This document shows positions 10,798 to 23,653 of a DNA stretch of 64,000 nucleotides, in pieces. The notes below the pieces were generated by a model. The model did not search any database. It worked only from the letters and a program-made list of their open reading frames with translations, and was not told the DNA's origin. Location of the stretch: NCBI GenBank assembly GCA_964016885.1, contig OZ024755.1, positions 34,162,001-34,226,000 on the forward strand, written 5' to 3'. Position numbers and translations under genes: made by a program. Source of the DNA: Eledone cirrhosa. Lineage: Eukaryota. Position 1 is the first letter of the stretch; each line of letters opens with the position of its first letter.

Positions 10798-12026
10798 GTA
10801 TCTTTCATTTGTTTGTGTTTTTTTCATTCCAACAAAATTTAAAAACAAAATACCATTTAAAGTATTCATGGCAAAACCTAATAGAAATATTTGAAATTTG
10901 TCCTGATTTTTTACCATTCTTATGTCAATCCACACCAGAAATTTAATGTTAATCTTTAAGACTGATAATCTAATACGTTCTTCAAAAGCTAATAATATAT
11001 GAGACACAATTTATTCCATTATACAAATATAGAATAAGAGTTCCAGCATTCAGTTATTTGTGTCCATTGTTAATGTTTAAGACTAATGTTTATGACTAGT
11101 ATCATGCAAGGCAGAAGATCATAATAGATTTTCTTGAAGCAATAAGTGCTGTAATAAATATATATTCTTTTCTGAATTCTTTTACAGTGAAATGTTAGAT
11201 TATTGATAATTTCCTGATATTTTATGGATTTGTGTAAAGAGTTGAGAAGAATCCAATTGCTTGACCAAAATAAGGATTTGTTGTCCATGCATTTTGAATG
11301 ATTTAATACTTGAGTTAATGACAAAGTTTAGAAAAGACTTGACCTCAGTGAGAAGAATTTTGCACTCTTTTTCCATAAATTCTTTATAAACTAGTTATGA
11401 AGAAAGAAATAATTTCATGAACAATTTATAATCACACATGCAATCTTCACACATACCCACTACCAGTCTATAAAAAATAAATATATTTTTACACATACAA
11501 TATATCAACTAACTGTCATAGATTCGCAATTTTTTGTGCATATAGCATATTGCACATGGAACAAAAGAATATATGTAATCATGTACATACTGCACATATA
11601 TGGATACTTGTGTAGATATATATTGTACCAACTAAAATGTATACAACAAACCCAGTTACATCCACATTCATAGATGCATACATAAACAGACACTCACTGT
11701 TCGCAAAACTTTTCTACAATACTACACATACATACACATCCTCAAAGAGTATCTTTTGCAAACAAATAGAAAAATCTATATGCAACCCCAACCCTCCACA
11801 ACTACACACATATATGTCATAAGGATCCTGATAAACATTAAAACAACAACAACAACAACAACAAACATATAACCTCAAATATAAATATATGAACATATGT
11901 ACAGCTATACAGCATACAAATGAAAACATGTAAACACATTGTTATAGTTATCTCCAAAAACATACATACTATCATGCAGAATTCACCAAGACTGTGTTTA
12001 AACATAAAAATGGGATATATGAAAAT

Positions 12027-12159
12027 ATATACTATATGTTTATATACAATAAACATATCGGTACCCTCACTATCAAAGAAAAATAATTTTTTGTTACAAA
12101 AAAATATTTTTCTTTGATAGTGAGGCTACAAATATATTGTATATAAACATATAGTATAT
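12027..12159. repeat. imperfect fold-back hairpin
   Basis: ATATACTATATGTTTATATACAATA / TATTGTATATAAACATATAGTATAT outer arms and CCTCACTATCAAAGAAAAATA / TATTTTTCTTTGATAGTGAGG inner arms. Confidence 0.85.
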
Positions 12160-12465
12160 GTTTACATGGATATCTGTGTGTTCACACCTTCTGATGAGGG
12201 TTTGACAATCAATTAAATGTGCCTATCATTTTTTTCTATTTACACAAAAATTTCTATTTTCTGTGATGTTTACATTCCTACTTATTAAATATGAGGTGTA
12301 TCCCCAAAATAAGGATACAGATGTTTTGTTTAAATGTATGAAATGCGTGATGCTGCATTTTTTTTTTTTTTTCTTTTATCGACTTCTGCCAATTTGCTAC
12401 CTACTTTATAAGCTATATTTATAACATTTCTGCGCTTGAGGACTTTCTTTATACTTTTATATATA

Positions 12466-12995
12466 TAAGAAGTTTAGGGAGCTGCTTCCTCTATTGACAA
12501 AGAAGGAGTTCACCTACAAACGAAAGGCTGGTTATATGATGCCTGTGTGAAATGCGCGATGCTGCATGGTAGTGAGACATGGGCAGCAACTGCGGAGGAT
12601 ATGCGATGGCTGGAGAGAAATAAAGCAAGCATGCTCCGTTGGATGTGCACTATCAATATGCGGGAATGACTAAGCATAGACGAGTTGAGAGAGAAACTGT
12701 GTATAAGAGGGATAAACTGTAGTGTGTGGGAGAGAAGACTGGGTTGGGATGGATAAGTGATATGCATGGAGGATGACCGCTGGGTAAAGAAGTACCAAGA
12801 AATCCCAGTAGAAGGAAGACGCAGTAGAGGAAGACCATGAAAATCATGGGCAGAGGTGGTGAGAGCTAACCTCAGATTGCTGAAGCTCACGGAGAAGATG
12901 ACTAATGACCGTGACAACTGGAGAGATGCTGTGCTGAATACTACCCGTCCCACCCTTGCAAGCAGGGAGAAGCGGACGTAAAATGATGATGATGA
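12466..12995 (+). pseudogene. 5'-truncated RTE LINE (3' end with (GAT)n tail)
   Basis: KKFRELLPLL...LYDACVKCAMLHGSETWA..EDMRWLERNKASMLRWMC is homologous to the C-terminus of the intact ORF; it ends in CCCACCCTTGCAAGCAGGGAGAAGCGGACGTAAAATGATGATG. Confidence 0.9.
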
Positions 12996-13021
12996 GGTAT
13001 ATTAGACATACATGAAATTAC

Positions 13022-13330
13022 GAGTCATCTCTTTCAAAATACAATCCTTGGGAAGTCACATAGTGGTTCCAACGTTTTTCTCAATGATTGTAGCAGTACT
13101 GCAAGTCATTTTTGGTGAGTGTCCTTAGCTCGTTGTTTACAATTTTTTGTATGTTTTCAACAGCCCCCAGAAAGATGAGCCTTCAACTTCATTTTCAACT
13201 TAGGGAAGAGGTAGAAATGTTTTTCTTCACCAGAAATTTTCTAATTATAAGTGGTGTGTGAGCAGGCACATTATCGTGGTGCTGTACCGAATCTCCTGCA
13301 ATGTTCTTTCAATGCTTTTTTTACAAGTGA
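13022..13330 (-). pseudogene. decayed mariner transposase 3' remnant
   Basis: Minus strand reads KRWNHYVTSQGLYFERD, like the mariner C-terminal xRWxxCxxxxGxYFE. Confidence 0.55.
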
Positions 13331-13334
13331 TGGC

Positions 13335-14790
13335 CGGCAGGAGGCTGAATTTAGAGCAAGAATTGCAGGGCTGGTGCAGTAATGCATCAGTTTCGGTATT
13401 CTGTAATCAGAAGAAGGGAGGTAAGCATAAAAGCCAAACTCGCTATCTTCAATTCGCTATTTATGCAAAAACTTACCTAAAGACATGAATCGTGGGTAAC
13501 GACCAAAAGGATATGATCGAGAATACAATTGGCCGAAATGGGATTGCTCCAAATGGTCTTTGGAGTAACGTTACTCAATAAAGTGCTCGGGGATTGATCA
13601 GAGAGTCGCTCCAGATAGTGCCATTACTTCTCTGAATTGAGAGACCACAGCTCTGATACTATGGACATGTGGTTAGAATGTCTCAGGAAGGAATTGCTGG
13701 AGGTATTTGCAGCTCAGAGAGCAGAGCATCTACTTCTCCAAGCTGAGAGATCACAGCTCTGATACTATGGGCATGTGGTTAGAATGTCTCAAGAAGGAAT
13801 TGCTGGAGGTATTTGTAGCTCAGAGAGCAGAGCATCACTCCAGATAGAGCCACTACTTCTCCAAGCTGAGAGATCACAGCTCTGATACTATGGACATGTG
13901 GTTAGAATGTCTCAAGAAGGAATTGCTGGAGGTATTTGTAGCTCAGAGAGCAGAGCATCACTCCAGATAGAGCTGCTACTTCTCCAAGCTGAGAGATCAC
14001 AGCTCTGATACTATGGACATGTGGTTAGAATGTCTCAAGAAGGAATTGCTGGAGGTATTTGTAGCTCAGAGAGCAGAGCATCACTCCAGATAGAGCCACT
14101 ACTTCTCCAAGCTGAGAGATCACAGCTCTGATACTATGGGCATGTGGTTAGAATGTCTCAAGAAGGAATTGCTGGAGGTATTTGTAGCTCAGAGAGCAGA
14201 GCATCACTCCAGATAGAGCCACTACTTCTCCAAGCTGAGAGATCACAGCTCTGATACTATGGACATGTGGTTAGAATGTCTCAAGAAGGAATTGCTGGAG
14301 GTATTTGTAGCTCAGAGAGCAGAGCATCACTCCAGATAGAGCCACTACTTCTCCAAGCTGAGAGATCACAGCTCTGATACTATGGGCATGTGGTTAGAAT
14401 GTCTCAAGAAGGAATTGCTGGAGGTATTTGTAGCTCAGAGAGCAGAGCATCACTCCAGATAGAGCCACTACTTCTCCAAGCTGAGAGACCACAGCTCTGA
14501 TACTATGGGCATGTGGTTAGAATGTCTCAAGAAGGAATTGCTGGAGGTATTTGTAGCTCGGAGAGCAGAGCATCACTCCAGATAGAGCTGCTACTTCTCC
14601 AAGCTGAGAGACCACAGCTCTGATACTATGGGCATGTGGTTAGAATGTCTCAGGAAAGAATTGCTGGAGATATTTGTAGCTCGGAGATCAGAGAATCACT
14701 CCAGACAGAGCTGCTACTTCTCCAAGCTGAGAGATCACAGTTCTGATACTATGGGCATGTGGTTAGAATGTCGCAGGAAGGAATTCCTAG
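13335..14790 (+). repeat. RTE LINE 3' fragment running into a 123-bp tandem array (about 9-10 copies) derived from LINE coding sequence
   Basis: Period 123 (TGCTGGAGGT at 13801, 13924, 14047...). The unit translates as IEPLLLQAERSQL*YYGHVVRMSQEGIAG. Confidence 0.9.
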
Positions 14791-15274
14791 ACAGATTAAT
14801 TAATAGATATTTAATTAACTGATGATATTTGCCGGCATGCAATCTACAGCGCCACTCAGGTCTTTGAGCATATGTCTTTTAATAGCTCTAACTTGTTGGG
14901 AATTTCATATTTTCAATTTTTATTTTGCAGATAAATGATGACAGACATAAAGTATGGAAGGAGTATTTGAGGACTCTGTCCCCACAGACCTCTCAGGAAT
15001 AAGTGGAGGACAACAACAAAGAAAACATCTGATCCAAGTCTGATTTAATTCTTACATTATTGTTATAAACCCTTTCATTACTATATTTTTATTGAAAGAC
15101 ACTGCCTATAATTTTCACATCAATTCGAAAATAATCAAGAGCTTGGCAGGATTTAGTAATATAACTATCTCTCTCAAGCTGGTATTTGGAGCCTAACAAC
15201 ATTTCTCACAGGAAATTATGATGGCAGGGTTTTAGATAACCATAAACTCTTTAAGACAGTTTCATATTGTCGAA

Positions 15275-15630
15275 CAGAGGTTCTCATAGTGAGTGCTACC
15301 ACCCCCTGAGGGGCATTGAGAAGGCCCCAGGAGGTGCTGAGGCCTAAGTGGATGGTGATGGGAGGGTGGTAGAGATGATATAATAGTAAATTAAATATCA
15401 TATGATACAGATTATAAATAAATATAGTAAAATAAAAAATATATAATATTTATTTATACATAGTATATATTATATTATTTATTATAAATAAACTAATGAT
15501 TTTATTTATTATATATCATTTACAATTTGCATGTCGGCAAGTCTTTCTGGAAATAGGGTTGGGTGGGGGTGCTGAGGGTATTATGTGGCTGTGAGGTGGG
15601 CCAATGGTCCCCAAAGTTTCAGAACCTCTG
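15275..15630. mobile_element. hAT/Charlie-like MITE
   Basis: TIRs CAGAGGTTCT / AGAACCTCTG; imperfect 8-bp flanks TTGTCGAA / CTGTAGAA. Confidence 0.6.
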
Positions 15631-16077
15631 CTGTAGAACAAGGGTGGATTCAGGGAGTTTGGTGTCAAAATGCTTAAGCTAGATAATTCTCATATTTAGT
15701 AAGAGAACCGCATTTTTGAATGAAATAACATAAGTGAATGTATGTGTGTACAAACTTGTGTCTTTGCCTGCATACATGAGTGTGCATGCATGTGTGTTTA
15801 CATGTGTATGTCCATGCAAGTATGGCTGCATGCATGATTGTGCATGTATGTTTGTGTGTGGCTGTGAGTTGGTAAATCTAGTTTTATTAATTTAGGCATG
15901 TTTATCCAAGACATAGTGCACCTGCTTACACTAGCAATAGTAGAAGTCGCAGCATAAGTGGTAGTAACCATTAGAGATGCAACTTCACAATATTCTTAAT
16001 GTTTTCACTGCTACTGCAACCATCATTACTAAATCAGGCTCTGGCAATACAGACCTCCTACACATACCCACAAACAT

Positions 16078-16084
16078 GCACACA

Positions 16085-16115
<31 letters not shown>

Positions 16116-16285
16116 GTATATATAGGTATATGTACTTATATTTGTATATATATGTATACATATGTATATATGTATACATATATATATATGTATATATATA
16201 TACATATATATGTATATATATATATATGTATATATATGTATACATATATATATATGTATACATATATATGTATACATATGTATAC

Positions 16286-16341
<56 letters not shown>

Positions 16342-16465
16342 GTATATATGTATATATATATTTGTATATATATGTATATATATGTATATATATGTGTGTA
16401 TATATGTGTATATATGTGTGTATATATATATATGTGTGTGTGTATATATATGTATATATATATGC
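16078..16465. repeat. (TA)n/(TATG)n compound microsatellite
   Basis: Direct reading; it explains the Y/I/M/H-rich ORFs. Confidence 0.95.
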
Positions 16466-17319
16466 AACACTACCACCATCACCCCTGTACCATCTCAAAG
16501 ATCTCCACCACACCACTCTACATCCATACTACTGCCTGAGTAAATACCAACAATATTACTGTCACATCCAATATAATCATCTCCAACATCATGATCATCA
16601 GCACCAGCGCAACTAACAGCAACAACAACAACAACAACAACAGCACCAACAACAACAGAAATTCCACCCATAGCTAAGTGTATCAACAATAACTGCTGCA
16701 ACCAACGAGAGCACTACGATGACCATCACCAAAGATCACTAAAATACACCCCCCCCCCCCCCCCCGCCCACCCCGTTCATCTCTACCATTGATGCTTGAC
16801 ACTTCTGTCATCAATTACCCCGCCCACCCACCCCTGCCGCCACTACCACCACCGCCACCACCACCACCACTACCTGAGCAACACTAGTGGATGGTGGATG
16901 GTGACAGAACGCTGAAGGCCATCACAGACTTGACAATTCCGCTCTACCATTGTGTAGAATACAGCCTTGAAATTATGAAGTTTACTTGAAGAAACCTTAT
17001 GAGGTTATAACTTTGGTTCTAATGACTCAGCAATGTTGATAGGATCGGAGTCTTTGATGAAAGCAACAATAATATGATGTGGACACCATTAAAGATGGAA
17101 GTGGAGTGCAGAAAGATTGCTGTTTGGAACTTAAAGCAGCTGCTGAAAATATCTGTATTGCAAACCTATCAACTATTTGCTGTTTAAATTGCTTCCTCAT
17201 ATTCCTCATAAACAAATAGACTTACTGAGATATATGAAGAGGTAGTAGTGCTTAAATTTCAAAGAAGCTCATGATTTCTTAACAATTGGCAGAGTAGAGG
17301 TATAATAATGATGTATGAT

Positions 17320-17912
17320 AGAGAGAGGGGGGGTGGGAGCAAGAGAGTGAGAGATGGGAGAGGAGAGGGAAAGGGAGAGAGAGATGGGAGAGATAGGGAG
17401 GTAGTGAGCGAGAAAGAGGGGAGAGCGAAAGAGAGGGGGGAGAGAGCGAAAAAGAGGGGGGGAGAGCGAAAGAGAGGGGGGGAGAGCGAAAAAGAGGGGG
17501 GGGGGAGAGCGAAAGAGAGGGGGAGGGAGAGCAAGAGAGGGGGAGGGAGAGCAAGAGAGACAGAGAGGAGAGAGCAAGATAGAGAGCGAAGGAGAGAGAG
17601 GGGGAGAAGGAGAGAGTGGGAGAGCAAGAGAGAGAGAGAGTGGGAGAGCAAGAGAGAGAGTGGGAGAGCAAGGGAGAGAGTGGGAGAGCAAGGGAGAGAG
17701 TGGGAGAGCGAGCGAGATGGAGAGCAAAATAGAGAGGGGGAGAGGGGAGAGAGTGCGGGAGGGGGAGAGGGGAGAGAGTGCGGGAGGGGGAGAGAAGGTG
17801 AGTAGGAGAAAAGAGGGTGGTTAGAGAGAAAAACTCCAATGGGAACAGATAAAGTGGAGAGAGGGAGAGAGAGAGAGAGCGGGAGAGAAGGAGAGAGAGT
17901 GGGAGGGAGAGA
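17320..17912. repeat. polypurine (GA-rich) low-complexity tract
   Basis: Direct reading; a similar tract lies at 22128-23140. Confidence 0.95.
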
Positions 17913-18698
17913 AGTTAAACCACCACTTAATATCATCATCATCATTATCAACATATCACTATTGTTGTTTTCCCCATGATCATCATCATCATCATCATTA
18001 TCATTATCAACCATCAATTACTATCATCAACATCATTATCAACATTATCAACATCATCACCATTGTTATTCTGACCACCATCATCATCATCATCACCATC
18101 ATCATTATCACTTCTATTTCTCAGTCAACCCAGCACCATTTATTGGGAAGACACACACATATATACCCACATATATATACCACACATATACCCACATATA
18201 TACACATATATACCCACATATATATCCATATACACCTTTATATACACATACATATAATACATACACACATATACCCACACGTATACACACATATACACAT
18301 GTATACACATATACACACACATGTCCACACATACACACACACACATATCCACACATACACACACACACATATCCACATATACACACACACACATATCTCC
18401 CCATATACCCACACATATACACACTCATACACCCATATACCCACACATACACACACACATTCACCCATATACACACACACACACACATATATACCCACAT
18501 ATATATGAATTTATAAATGTATATATATTGGAATATAATAATATCCGTTTAACTTGTTCACACAGTATAATATAATCAATAATTATATTATACTTTATAA
18601 TTCTATAAAAACTTCTTCAGATATAACTCAGTTGAATATAACTTTCTTACTATTGTCTTACTTTCTGTCTTACTTTGTCCTTTTTATTATTAGTATAT

Positions 18699-19043
18699 GG
18701 AGGCATATGGCTTAGTGGTTAGAGCATTGGCCTTGCAATCGAAAGGTTGTGGGTTCAATTCTCAGACCGGGTGATGTGTTGTTTCCTTGAGCAAGACACT
18801 TTATTTCACATTGCTCCAGTTTACTCAGCTGTAGAAATGAGATGATAGGGACTGGGGTCCATATCATTCCACTGCAAAGTGGTCGTGGAGGTGCCCACGG
18901 CAAAAAAAAGCACCCAGCACTCACTGTAAATGAGGTTGGTGTTAGGAAGGGCATCCAGCTGTAGAAATCAAGCCAGAATCAGTTCCCGTCCCACCCTTGC
19001 AAGCAGGGAAAAGCGGACGTAAAATGAAATGATGAATGATGAT
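18699..19043 (+). mobile_element. tRNA-derived SINE family A, full-length
   Basis: A box TGGCTTAGTGG, B box GGTTCAATTCT, centre CCTTGAGCAAGACACTTTATTTCACATTGCTCC, and a tail shared with the RTE 3' end at 12944-12995. Minus-strand copies at 8461-8848, 24145-24486, 45432-45775, 51521-51866 and 63055-63386. Confidence 0.9.
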
Positions 19044-19406
19044 ATATATATATATATATATACTAATAATTTTCATGAAATAAGTTTTTGTGAAATAGTC
19101 TTTTCAAGACTATACAGAGCATTTGTAGTTGTACCAAATTGAAGGATGAGTATTTTAAACTTTATTTTATCAGGAGTTAAGGCTCTATTGATTTTTCCCT
19201 GAATTTCACTAAATTCTGTTGGATAAATCTATATCCTGATTCTTTTTGAATTGAGTTTGAATTATTTTTCCCACATCTTACGTTAACTATTTTCCAATTT
19301 TGACGCTATAGTCATTTATATATTATGGAATACTGTTGGCTTCTTGCTACAATACTTTCTATACCTTTCATATATATATATATATATATATATAGTGAAT
19401 TTAAAA

Positions 19407-19471
<65 letters not shown>

Positions 19472-19654
19472 TAAAAGGAAAAGAAAATGCTGACAAATTT
19501 TTCCCAGTGAAAAATAGTTTCATTAGGAATAAGCAAAAATTAAAAATAAGTATTGCTTAATATTCAGTTTTAGTTTTAAGTTTTTACCGGTTGCGCATTT
19601 CTAATGCTTTTCAAGAATAATTTTGAGATAGAGCGCCCGTGATGTTTGCTCTAA

Positions 19655-19700
<46 letters not shown>

Positions 19701-20840
19701 GTTTGTATTTGTAAAGCCAAAACAATGCAGGTATGGAGATAGAATAAAAAATGCAAATGCAAAAGATATTGTTGACAATTAGTCTTTTACCTTAGATTTA
19801 TTTAAATGTCCTTAATTTCCGAGATAATATCTCTTCTTCCTCCTCATATATATATATAAATGTGGTTGGTGTTAGGAAGGGCATCCAACCGTAGACAACC
19901 TGCCAGATAGTCGTATACGAGCAAGACACGGTCACCCGACCAATCTTACCTCAAGTGGGACAAATTCCACTGCAAAGTGGTCGTGGAGGTGTCACGACAA
20001 AAGAGCACCCAACCAACACTGTAAAGGGGCTGTGTAGGTGCCACGGAAAAAAAGCACCCAGCACTCACTGTAAATGAGGTTGGTTAGGAAGGGCATCCAG
20101 CTGTAGAAACCAAGCCAAAATCAGTTCCCCTATGAGCAAGACAAGGCCACCCGATTCGGCATTGCCCACAAGAGGACAGCCCGTCTAACCCATGCATGGA
20201 AGAACGGACGTAAAATGGTGATGATAGATATATACATACACACACACACACAGTATTTTCCAGTGCAAGATCAAGCTGTTCAAACTATTTTACGCCAAAC
20301 TTTAACAAAAAAAATCTGCATCCTTTACACTGAAAGTTTTAATGTAGTAATACTTATGAGACATTAAATTTGCATATATTTTCAAAACTATGCAGTATAA
20401 ATTAGGATTGTTCTAATATTGAGATTAGAATAGTCTTGTGAATTTCTTTAAACCAACAACAGAATTGCCAAAATCTGAGGAAAATTCTTAAACTTATTTT
20501 TATAGAAGCATCTGTTTTAGTATGGCTTGGTCATAGAACGTATGACCGAACACATAGCATTTTCATTGAAGCTCTAAGACTATTGTGGAGATAAGACAAT
20601 TATCATCATCGTCATCATTTAACGTCTATCTGCCACGCTAGCATGGGTTAGGCGGGAATTGTCCAACTTGAGGCAAAATTTATCGGGTGACTGTGTCTCG
20701 CTCGTATAGGACTCTATGATGATGGTGGTGTTGGTGGTGATGATGATGATGGTGGTGGTGATGGTGGTGGTGGTGGTGGTGGTTGTTATGATGGTGGTGG
20801 TGGTGGTGGTGGTGATGATGATGGTGGTGGTGGTGGTGGT

Positions 20841-21068
20841 GCAGAATATTATAAAGGCCAACAAATGAATCTATACATTCCAGTTTATTTCAGTTAATGA
20901 AATAAGTATTTTTATGATCCTCAATCATCAAACCTTGTCTACATCAAAACCTGGAAGACATCTATGTTACAAAGGTAAAGGTAGTCTACTACCCAGTTAT
21001 TTCCAATCTACAGCTAGAGGGAACCTCAGTAATGGTGTTAGTTTTAGGCTTACTTGTCTTTCTTGCCA
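20841..21068 (+). repeat. about 230-bp repeat, inverted copy at 27964-28206
   Basis: Near-identical reverse complements, each abutting a (GGT)n/(ACC)n microsatellite on its outer side. Confidence 0.9.
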
Positions 21069-21294
21069 AATTCCAATGGAACATGGTGCTCCCTTAGACA
21101 GGTGTTTAGCTATGTGAAATTTGAATTCTCGTTTAATTCCAGCCAAAACATCATTTTTCTCTGTAATCCCTAAATTATGTTCCCTATTGTTAAATACTAT
21201 ATTTGATAAATCATTGCACTCCTCCTCAGGGGATTGCTGAATGCCCATCTTATTCTATTTGAGTTTAACCCTTTGGCATTTAAACTGGTCGATT

Positions 21295-21543
21295 GAGGCC
21301 AATCTCAAAAAAAGTTGCCTGCAGACGAATGAAACTGGCTGGGCACTGCATCTGTCATCCAAAAGAGATGGCATCACAACTTGGGCTCTGGAAACCAACG
21401 GTCGGATGAAGAAGTGTGGGAAGACATGCCATCTCATTCATTGATACCCTGCTGAGAGATGCCAACATTGACAACATCGAAGAACTGGAGAAAGTGTGCT
21501 GAATCTTTGCGAGTGTAAACTCGGCCGAAGAAGAAAAAGAAAA
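21295..21543 (+). pseudogene. RTE-like LINE 3' fragment inserted in a piggyBac-type MITE
   Basis: KKVACRRMKLAGHCICHPKEMASQLGLWKP...GRHAISFIDTLLRDA; MITE halves lie on either side. Confidence 0.75.
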
Positions 21544-22127
21544 TATCCAGCCAGAATTCTCTCACATCTTTCTGTTCAAACTGGCCATAATGGGCTACTC
21601 ATGTTAAGGTATGGTTCTCAAAGTAAATAATATAAAAATCTCAAACATTCAATATTATGTGAGGTAAAGTGTGTACCATGAAAATATGATAGTATATATG
21701 GAGTAATGTAAATCCTAAAGGGTTAATGTACAATGAAGAGGTACAACGAGCAGAAAACTGGATGGAAATGGATACCACTATAACATACTAATCTCCAAAA
21801 GAAATCACAGTATGACAGAGTTTGCAGTACGTTTCATGACCTACCAGAAGTTCTATATCAGTGTCCAAGGAGAAATAAATGCTATTACTGAATAACAAGT
21901 ATAGGTGCTGCACTTATTATGGATGCTATCAAATTCTGTCTAGAACCATTTAGGATTGACAATATGAAAATTTGTCTAGAAACATAGACATAAGAGTAAA
22001 GAAAGAAGACAGAGTTTATAGCTTATAAACAATAGATGATTTATACTTAGCTAAAAACACTTATTCCGCAATAGAAGCAAATGATGTCCACTCATAAGTT
22101 GGTTCCATTTCAGTTATTGTAATATGT

Positions 22128-23140
22128 AGGAGAGAAGGGGAGAGACGGAAGGGGAGAGACGGAAGGGGAGAGTAGGAGATAATGAAAGAGAGAGAAGTGG
22201 AGAGTAGGAGAGTAGGGGAGAGAGAGAGAAGGGGAGAGGAGGGAAGGGGAGAGAGGGAAGGGGAGAGTAGGAGAGAAGGGGAGAGAGGGAAGGGGAGAGT
22301 AGGAGAGAAGAGTAGAAGATAATGAAAGAGAGAGAAGGGGAGAGTAGGAGATAATGAAGGGGGAGAAGGGGGAGAGAACGAAAGAGAAAGAAGGGGAGAG
22401 GAGAGAACGAAAGAGGAGGGGGGTGAAAGAGAGAGGAGGTGGAGAAGAGAACGAAAGGGAGAGGAGGGGGAGGGAGAGGGGGAGGGGGAGAAGATAACGA
22501 AAGGGAGAGGAGGGGAGTGGGAGAGAACGAAAGAGAGAGGAGAGAGTAGGAGGGAATGAAAGAGAGGAGGGACAGAAGGAAAGAGAGAGAGAGGGGAGAG
22601 GAGGGAGAGAAGGAAAGAGGGAGAGGAGGGAGAGAAGGAAAGAGAGAGAGAAGGGGAGAGAGAGAGAAGGGGAGAGTAGGAGGGAATGAAAGAGAAGGGG
22701 AGAGTAGGAAGTAATGAAAGAGAAGGGGAGAGGAGGGAATGAAAGAGAGGAGGGAGAGAAGGAAAGAGAGAGAAGGGGAGAGTAGGAGAGGATGAAAGGG
22801 AGAGGGGAGAGGAGAAGAGAAAGAAAGAGATAGAAGGGAGAGAGTAGGAGGGACGAAAGACAGGGAAGGGGAGAGAGAAGGGGAGAGAGTAGGGGAGAAC
22901 GAAAGAGAAGGGGAGAGTAGGAGAGAAAGAAAGAGCTAGAAGGAGGTGGGAGAGAGAAGGGGAGAGAGTAGGGGGAGAACGAAAGAGAAGGGGAGAGTAG
23001 GAGAGAAAGAAAGAGCTAGAAGGAGGTGGATGAGAGAAGGGGAGAATGAAAGAGAAGGGAGAGTAGGAGAGAAAGAAAGAGCTAGAAGGAGGTGGATGAG
23101 AGACAGCAGTGAAGGGGGAGCAGGAAAAGAAGGCAGACAA
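22128..23140. repeat. polypurine low-complexity tract
   Basis: Direct reading. Confidence 0.95.
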
Positions 23141-23653
23141 GTGTAATATGAAAATATACTAAGAGCTAAATAGCTGTTCAGAAGTGCAAACAAAGTGTTA
23201 TAAATATAACAACCAAGACACAATACTGTGTTTAGGGTATTTAAATATAAGATGGTTTCCACTTGGTTGGAAACACTCATGTGATGAAAGAAGTGTAGAT
23301 TGTTCATGTCTGAAGCATCAAACACATCAGACGTCTACTGATATAGTTGATAAGTAAGAACAAAGTAATAATAATATTGTACAATATCATAATTGTTTCT
23401 ACGTTAGGCACAGGGCCAGCAATTACCCAGTGCATTACTGGTACTTTATTTTATCGACCCCGTAAGGATGAAAGGCAAAGTTGACCTTGTACAATATCAT
23501 AATACAACAAGCCTTGCCATACATCATACCTCGAGGATATAGTCTGCTACGGTCAGCTTAGAATCATGTCTATCAAATTAAATAATTTATTTCCATCATA
23601 ATTTCACTCACAAGATTGAGAGTTCAAACATTAGTTCTGTAAACTATTTTTAT

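Noticed and set aside
12184-12315. CUGAUGAGGG next to a hairpin as a hammerhead
   Set aside because: No correctly placed GAAA/stem III/UH; at best a decayed remnant.
15977-18575. Y/I/H/C-rich and S/L/P-rich ORFs (also at 22061-23140, 44251-44750 and 57712-58935)
   Set aside because: Microsatellite and polypurine artefacts.
18699-18770. tRNA gene
   Set aside because: It is the tRNA-derived head of a multicopy SINE and lacks a proper acceptor stem.
23236-23353. Possible host exon (open frame ...RWFPLGWKHSCDERS... ending at GTAAGA)
   Set aside because: Weak acceptor, no recognisable homology, no partner exons.
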